Assembly: GCA_965223845.1 (NCBI GenBank)
Contig: CBDCXR010000004.1
Span: 1,600,001 to 1,664,000, forward strand
Source: Planctomycetota bacterium
GTDB taxonomy: Bacteria; Planctomycetota; UBA8108; SXIK01
DNA length: 64,000 nucleotides
Direction of reading: 5' to 3'
The first letter of the stretch is position 1; every line of letters begins with the position of its first letter. Below are positions 58,719-64,000 of this stretch, in pieces. The notes under the pieces were generated by a model. That model was not told where the DNA came from and did not search any database. It saw only the letters and a list, made by a program, of their open reading frames with translations. The position numbers and the translations under genes were made by a program.

Positions 58719-60326
58719 TCAATCGCTCGACTCCGCTCGGGGCGGCCGTCCGCCGCCAGCGGCGATCGCTCGGCGAGCCGCGCGGAGGATGTCCGCTTGG
58801 GCGCGAAAGAGCTCGACGACTCCGGCTCGACGATTCGTGGTCACGGTGTCGCTGATCACGATCGCGAACGCCCACAGCGAGTCCTTCTCCGATCGCGTGC
58901 GAAGATCGAGATAGCCGGCGAGAGACTTCGTCAGATAGATCCAGCGGCCGTTGAGAGCGTTTCGGTAGACGAGCGTTCCGGTCTTCGCGCGGACCTTTCC
59001 GGAGAGCTCCGAGCCTCGCATCTCATTTGCGAGCGTTCCGTCGACACCGGAAATCGGGAGAGCGTCGAGAAAGACGCCGAAGTCGGGTCGAGTCGCCCAG
59101 TAGCGGAGAAAGTGGACGAGCCACTGGGGTGAAATGCGATCGGCGCGGCCGCCGCCCGATCCGCTCGTGACGACGATGCTGTCCATGTCGAGACCGGATT
59201 TGGCGAAGCGATCCCGGATGATTCCGTAGCCCTCACGCGTAGATCCCCGACTCCCGAGTCTTGCCCCGACGAGCGGCGGCAGCATCGTCGCGTGAACGTT
59301 TTGGCTCACCTTGAGAACGACGCGAATCGTCTGAGAGAGCGGGGCCGAGACGTGACGGGCGACGACGTCGTAGTCCGAGTAGATCGTCGGTCCGAAGCGC
59401 GCGTTCTTCGTGCGGCCATCGGCACGGACGCCCTCGGCGCGAAGAGTCTCTGCGAAGAGGCGTGCGCAGGTCATCGCAGGTTCCCGAAAGGGCGCGACGC
59501 GGAGCGAGGGCGATGCATCGAGCGGGATGCTTCCGGTCAACTCGTAGCTGTCGTCTTCGCCGCCCGCGGCGAGTCGGAGTCGAAGGGACGACGGGGAGCC
59601 GCTCTTCGCCGTTTCGGCCGTCGAGCGTACGCGAATGTGCTCAGACGCCGGCCGGACCTCGAAGTCGACGGGTTCACCGACCGCCCGTCCGGGACGAACC
59701 GTGACATCGACGAGATTGTCATTCACGCACGCGGCGCTGAACTTCCCGACGAAGGGATCGAAGGTCTCGGCGAAGAGTCCGTCGTCGACGACGATGTCTC
59801 CCGTCACGCGGGTCACCCCGGCCCGTCGCACGTCCCGGGCGAGCTCGCGCAGAATCGCGAGCGGGTCGCCATTGACGACCTTCGCGCGGGAGAGGCCGGC
59901 GTAGGAGTGATCCGTATTCTCGAAGGCGAGCCGGTCTCGAGCGCGCAGCCTCTGGGAGAGATTTGGGTCGCCCGAAGCGAGCAAAACGAGATCGCCGGCT
60001 AACGTGCCTTCTTTGAGCGGGCCCGTCGCGACGACGCGCGTCTCGAAGCGAAAGTCCGCTCCGAGCGCGTCGAGCGCACCGGCGCAGCTCAAGAGCTTCG
60101 TGGTCGATGCCGGTGCAAACAGCTTTCGCGCGTCGTGCTCGTAGAGAATGCGTCCCGAACGAACATGGCAGAAGAGGACACCGAAGGAACTCGCGCGAAA
60201 CAAGGGGCGAGCGATGATCTCGTCGATCTCGGCGGCGAGCTCGTCCTCGACGGAATCGGCCGCCGAGTCTCGGCTCGCGCCGGGCGAGTCCTCACCGCGC
60301 ACACTCGCACCGCGGGCCAATCCCAT
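58719..60326 (-). CDS. dacB: D-alanyl-D-alanine carboxypeptidase/endopeptidase (PBP4, peptidase S13); start uncertain, possibly further upstream
   Basis: FAPASTTKL (SxxK), SGDPNL, KVSQN (SxN), DGTL, AKTGT (KTG), SLAGY. Confidence 0.9.
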   Translation of the reverse strand: MGLARGASVRGEDSPGASRDSAADSVEDELAAEIDEIIARPLFRASSFGVLFCHVRSGRILYEHDARKLFAPASTTKLLSCAGALDALGADFRFETRVVATGPLKEGTLAGDLVLLASGDPNLSQRLRARDRLAFENTDHSYAGLSRAKVVNGDPLAILRELARDVRRAGVTRVTGDIVVDDGLFAETFDPFVGKFSAACVNDNLVDVTVRPGRAVGEPVDFEVRPASEHIRVRSTAETAKSGSPSSLRLRLAAGGEDDSYELTGSIPLDASPSLRVAPFREPAMTCARLFAETLRAEGVRADGRTKNARFGPTIYSDYDVVARHVSAPLSQTIRVVLKVSQNVHATMLPPLVGARLGSRGSTREGYGIIRDRFAKSGLDMDSIVVTSGSGGGRADRISPQWLVHFLRYWATRPDFGVFLDALPISGVDGTLANEMRGSELSGKVRAKTGTLVYRNALNGRWIYLTKSLAGYLDLRTRSEKDSLWAFAIVISDTVTTNRRAGVVELFRAQADILRAARRAIAAGGGRPPRAESSD

Positions 60327-60405
60327 TGCGAGAACGGCGACGGCGATTCCCGGAACGATCCCGGGTCGACGTCGTCGATCGCGGGGGCGATCGCGGCGCT
60401 CGCGC

Positions 60406-62694
60406 TCAACCCTCGCAGGGCAGCTCGTCTGGCGTCGGATCGAGACCGAGCTCGAGGAAGGGCTCGGCCGGGGCAGCACCCGGACCGAAGAGGTAATTGA
60501 GGAAGTAGAGTGCGTCAGCGATGTTGACCTCGCCGTCGTCGTCGGCATCCGCGGCGTCCCAGCAGGTGAATCCTGGACCGTCTCCGAAGAGGTGATTGAG
60601 GATGCGGATCGGGTCGGTGATCGTCAAGATTCCGTCCGAGTCGATGTCGCCTCGTCGAAACGCGAACCCGTCGACGTAGCGGAACGCACTGGGAGCGCTG
60701 ACGCGCCCATAGCGCGTTTCGACGTCGAAGGTCAGCTCCGCTTCCACGAGTGCTGCGGGCAGTGCGACGAGAAGCTCGGTGCTGCTCACGCGATCCGCCG
60801 CGTGCGCCTCGCCGTCGACGAAAAACCGAAGATCGTCATTCGCCGTGAATCCCGACCCGAGCACGCGCACTTCGATCGGGGCACCCAGCTCGCCGACGGG
60901 CGGACTCACCGCCTCGATCGCGAGCTCCGTTCCCGAGAGGCGATAGCCGCTGATGACGTAGGCATCCCCCGCGTTCAGGTGCTCGTCGTCCGCGCCGTCC
61001 GCGCGCATCGCGTTCGGAAAGAGATCGTCGAATCCGTCGCCGTCGTAGTCGCGCGCCTCCATGGAGTACGAGAGGAGATCGTACGACGCGGCGCCGATGA
61101 CCGCCGCGGCCGCGAGGCCGGGGGGAAGCGTATCCGCCTGGGGCGCGAAGAGGGCCGGGAACGGCTCCGGGCCGCCGTAGAGGATCGCGACCATCCCGGC
61201 GTCCGCTTTCCCGTCGAGATCGGCGTGGGGGATTCCGACCGCGAGGTCGTCGTAGGCATCGCCGTTGAAGTTCCCGACGCTCAGCGTGTCGCCCAGTATG
61301 TCGACTCTCTCGAGGCCGTACATGAGCGAAACGCGGACGTCGGGAGTGACGACCCCTTTCTCGTCGGCCTCGAGAAGGTCGATCTCGATCCCTTCGAGGT
61401 TGCCATCGTTGTAGACGACGTACGCCCTCCCGACGCGGTAGAGAAGCGACTTCGGCTGCCAGCCCGTGATCGCGCCGAGCGCGAGGTCGGTGCGGCCGTC
61501 ACCGTTGAAATCACCCGAGGCGATCTCCTCCCCGAGCTCCTCATCGAACTCGGCGCCGTAGATCATCGTGATGCGCCCCTCGTACTCCGCCGGTGGATCC
61601 GCCGTCGAGAACTCGGCCGGAAGCCGTTCGCCGGACCCGTCGCTGAAGATGATCGTGACCTCACCGCACTGCGGACGCTCGTCGTCCGCGGGGCCATCGC
61701 CGCCGACGAGCGAGCCGTGGGCCCAGAGGTCATCCGTCCCTCCGATCCCCGCGGACAGACGCTCGAGCGCAGCCCCAACGATGAGCTCGTCCTGTCCATC
61801 CCCGTTGAGATCCGCCGCATGGAGCGAGGCGCCGAAGTGGTCCTCGGCGTCTCGACCGATGACGCGGCTGACTCCGGGGAAGGACGCGCCGTCCTCGGTG
61901 GCGAAATCGATCACCGGAGGGAACTCGGCGCGGCCGTAGATCACGAGCACGTGTCCTTGGTGAAACGCCGGATCTAGGCGATCGTCCGAACCCGCCTGAT
62001 CGGCGCCGACGATGATGTCTTCGAACCCATCCCCGTCGAGATCGCCGGTCTCGACCCAGATTCCGAGTCGACCTCCGATCTGATCGCCGTAGATGGCGAG
62101 GACGTCGCTCGGAACGCCTTCGAGGAGATCGATCGTCCGTTCGGACTCGCCGAAGAGATCTTCGCGGCCGAAGACGACGTAGAGAGCGCCGGAGTTCGTG
62201 CGATCGCCGTCCGGCCCATCGTAGTTCTGGCTGCTGAGTAAGAGATCCTCGATCCCGTCGCCGTCGATGTCGCCGGTGAAGAGCTCCGTTCCGAGCAAGT
62301 CTTCCGTGCGCGCCCCGAGAAGGCGAATCGCCGGCGTCGAGAGATCGTCGCGATCGATGACTCCGGTCGACGAGCCGTCGCCCTTGTAGAGGTACACCTC
62401 GCCGGCCGTCCGCCGGGGATGGTCGCCGTCGAACGGAGCGGCCATGGCCGCGACCGCGAGGTCGTACTGACCGTCGCCATCCCAATCGCCGATTTCGACC
62501 GGCATCCCGTAGTTGCCGCCGTCGCGAACGTTGTTGAACAGCGTGAGCTGGCCCTCCTGCGCCGCGTCGGAGGTCTCCCAGCGGGGGAGGAGAGGGCTGA
62601 TCGCATCGACCGCGAGTCGGACGAAGACGACGATGAACAGCGCTCCGAGAAGGGGCACCCAGATCCGGGATCGGGTGACTTCGAGGCGTTCCAT
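60406..62694 (-). CDS. FG-GAP (integrin-alpha-like) repeat protein with IPT/TIG domain and C-terminal dockerin-like domain
   Basis: N-terminal TM/signal, about seven GD(W/I/L/F)xGDG.xD repeats, IEAVSPPVG...LGSGF IPT motif, FRRGDIDSDG...DADDDGEVNIAD. Confidence 0.85.
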   Translation of the reverse strand: MERLEVTRSRIWVPLLGALFIVVFVRLAVDAISPLLPRWETSDAAQEGQLTLFNNVRDGGNYGMPVEIGDWDGDGQYDLAVAAMAAPFDGDHPRRTAGEVYLYKGDGSSTGVIDRDDLSTPAIRLLGARTEDLLGTELFTGDIDGDGIEDLLLSSQNYDGPDGDRTNSGALYVVFGREDLFGESERTIDLLEGVPSDVLAIYGDQIGGRLGIWVETGDLDGDGFEDIIVGADQAGSDDRLDPAFHQGHVLVIYGRAEFPPVIDFATEDGASFPGVSRVIGRDAEDHFGASLHAADLNGDGQDELIVGAALERLSAGIGGTDDLWAHGSLVGGDGPADDERPQCGEVTIIFSDGSGERLPAEFSTADPPAEYEGRITMIYGAEFDEELGEEIASGDFNGDGRTDLALGAITGWQPKSLLYRVGRAYVVYNDGNLEGIEIDLLEADEKGVVTPDVRVSLMYGLERVDILGDTLSVGNFNGDAYDDLAVGIPHADLDGKADAGMVAILYGGPEPFPALFAPQADTLPPGLAAAAVIGAASYDLLSYSMEARDYDGDGFDDLFPNAMRADGADDEHLNAGDAYVISGYRLSGTELAIEAVSPPVGELGAPIEVRVLGSGFTANDDLRFFVDGEAHAADRVSSTELLVALPAALVEAELTFDVETRYGRVSAPSAFRYVDGFAFRRGDIDSDGILTITDPIRILNHLFGDGPGFTCWDAADADDDGEVNIADALYFLNYLFGPGAAPAEPFLELGLDPTPDELPCEG

Positions 62695-62873
62695 GCGAGT
62701 GAATCTCCGGTGGGCGTCGGCTCTCGTTCCGGGTTCGATTCTACCGCCACCCAGCCGCGGGTCCACGTTCGGGAGCCGGACGGGCGCCCGGTCGCTAGCT
62801 CGGCACCGGGACGGGTGGCTGATCGTCGCGGCGACGCGGGATTTCCCGCCGAACGCCGGGGAGTTTCGAGAAA

Positions 62874-62902
62874 TTGCAGGACTGTGCCAAATCCGCTATA
62901 AG
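62874..62902 (+). promoter_or_regulatory. Candidate sigma70 promoter TTGCAG-N17-TATAAG for ilvC
   Basis: Hexamers and 17-bp spacing read directly. Confidence 0.5.
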
Positions 62903-63089
62903 AAGCGGTTTTCCCGTTCCCGCCGCTTCGGGAGAAGAGGCGACGAGCGCCCGAGCAGGGCTCGGACGGGCCCGTACGGACGGCGAACCGATCCGCGCGT
63001 CGACGAAGTCGGGCGGACGCGACGGTCGTCCCCGCGGAGAGGCATGTGCACCTTCCTGCGGACAGCGATAACTAGGAGCGACGACCGAG

Positions 63090-64000
63090 ATGAAAACCGT
63101 GCGCGTCGGTGGCGTCACCGAGAAGATCATCGAGCGGAAGGACATGCCCGCCGCCAAGCTGAAGCGAATCCTCGGGAAGGAAACCGTCGCGGTCATCGGA
63201 TACGGCGTTCAGGGCCGGGGTCAGTCGCTCAATATGCGCGACAACGGGGTCAAGGTGATCATCGGCGTGCGGAAGGGCGAGAGCTGGAAGCTGGCGCAGC
63301 AGGATGGCTGGAAGCCGGGGAAGACCCTGTTCGAGATCCCCGAGGCCGTGCAGCGCGGAACGGTTGTTCAGTACCTTCTCAGCGACGCCGGGCAGAAGGC
63401 GGCGTGGCCCACCGTCCGGGACAACCTGCAGGAAGGCGCGGCGCTCTACTTCTCGCACGGCTTCTCGGTCGTCTACCGAAAGCAGACCGGTGTCGTCCCG
63501 CCGAAGAACGTCGACGTCATTCTCGTCGCACCGAAGGGCTCGGGAACCACCGTACGTCGACTGTTCCTCGAAGGCCGCGGAATCAACTCGAGCTTCGCGG
63601 TCCACCAGGACTTCACCGGACGCGCGCGCGATCGCGCGATCGCGCTCGGTATCGCGATCGGTTCGGGTTTCCTCTTCGAGACTTCGTTCGAGAATGAGGT
63701 CTACAGCGACCTCACCGGCGAACGCGGCGTCCTGATGGGAGCCATCTACGGCTTGTGGCTCGCGCAGTACGAAGTCCTCCGCGAGCAGGGGCACAGTCCG
63801 TCCGAGGCGTTCAATGAGACGGTGGAGGAGGCGACGCAGAGTCTCTATCCGCTCATCGGCGAGAACGGAATGGACTGGATGTACGCCAACTGCAGCACGA
63901 CGGCTCAGCGGGGGGCGCTCGACTGGTTCGAGGAGTTCCGCAAATCGTCGAAGCCGGTCTTCAAGCGGCTTTACCGCGAAGTGAAGAACGGCAACGAGAC
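63090..64000 (+). CDS. ilvC: Ketol-acid reductoisomerase (3' truncated by window end)
   Basis: Manual translation: VAVIGYGVQGRGQSLNMRDNG, LLSDAGQ, FSHGF, VAPKGSG, SDLTGERGVLMG, EAFNETVEE, MYANCSTTAQRGALDW. Not in the ORF track because it has no stop. Confidence 0.96.
   Translation, partial: MKTVRVGGVTEKIIERKDMPAAKLKRILGKETVAVIGYGVQGRGQSLNMRDNGVKVIIGVRKGESWKLAQQDGWKPGKTLFEIPEAVQRGTVVQYLLSDAGQKAAWPTVRDNLQEGAALYFSHGFSVVYRKQTGVVPPKNVDVILVAPKGSGTTVRRLFLEGRGINSSFAVHQDFTGRARDRAIALGIAIGSGFLFETSFENEVYSDLTGERGVLMGAIYGLWLAQYEVLREQGHSPSEAFNETVEEATQSLYPLIGENGMDWMYANCSTTAQRGALDWFEEFRKSSKPVFKRLYREVKNGNE

Noticed and set aside
62715-62760. GGTTCGATTC T-loop-like motif suggesting a tRNA (also near 31270)
   Set aside because: No cloverleaf, acceptor stem or D-arm could be built.
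62903-63089. Branched-chain amino-acid attenuator or T-box before ilvC
   Set aside because: No Ile/Leu/Val-rich leader peptide, T-box motif or U-tailed terminator was seen.

Overview
This GC-rich bacterial chromosomal window is most likely from a Planctomycetota (PVC superphylum) genome. That inference rests on the PVC small basic signature protein, a planctomycete-type cytochrome c domain, a DUF1800/DUF1501 pair and Cys-flanked dockerin-like domains. About 37 genes are supportable. Housekeeping and metabolic genes include split pntA, queF, a type IIA topoisomerase A+B pair, xylA, a nagA-like gene, dacB, ilvC, an IMPase, a class III aminotransferase and an acyl-CoA synthetase. There are also many secreted multidomain proteins. 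I recognised no rRNA, tRNA, CRISPR array, prophage or transposase. The most notable signal is a non-cellulolytic cohesin/dockerin-like system: two adjacent secreted proteins each carry both cohesin-like and dockerin-like modules (33093-35798), and a DUF1800 protein and an FG-GAP protein carry dockerin tags. Other leads are a TPR-DUF3857-transglutaminase enzyme/pseudoenzyme pair with a partial SAM-I-like leader, an Ig-extended Na/Pi transporter with degenerate motifs, a DamX/FtsN-like SPOR protein, a candidate sRNA with anti-SD loops, and a MITE-like inverted-repeat element that appears to supply a protein C-terminus. All calls come from motif recognition by eye, and no searches were run.
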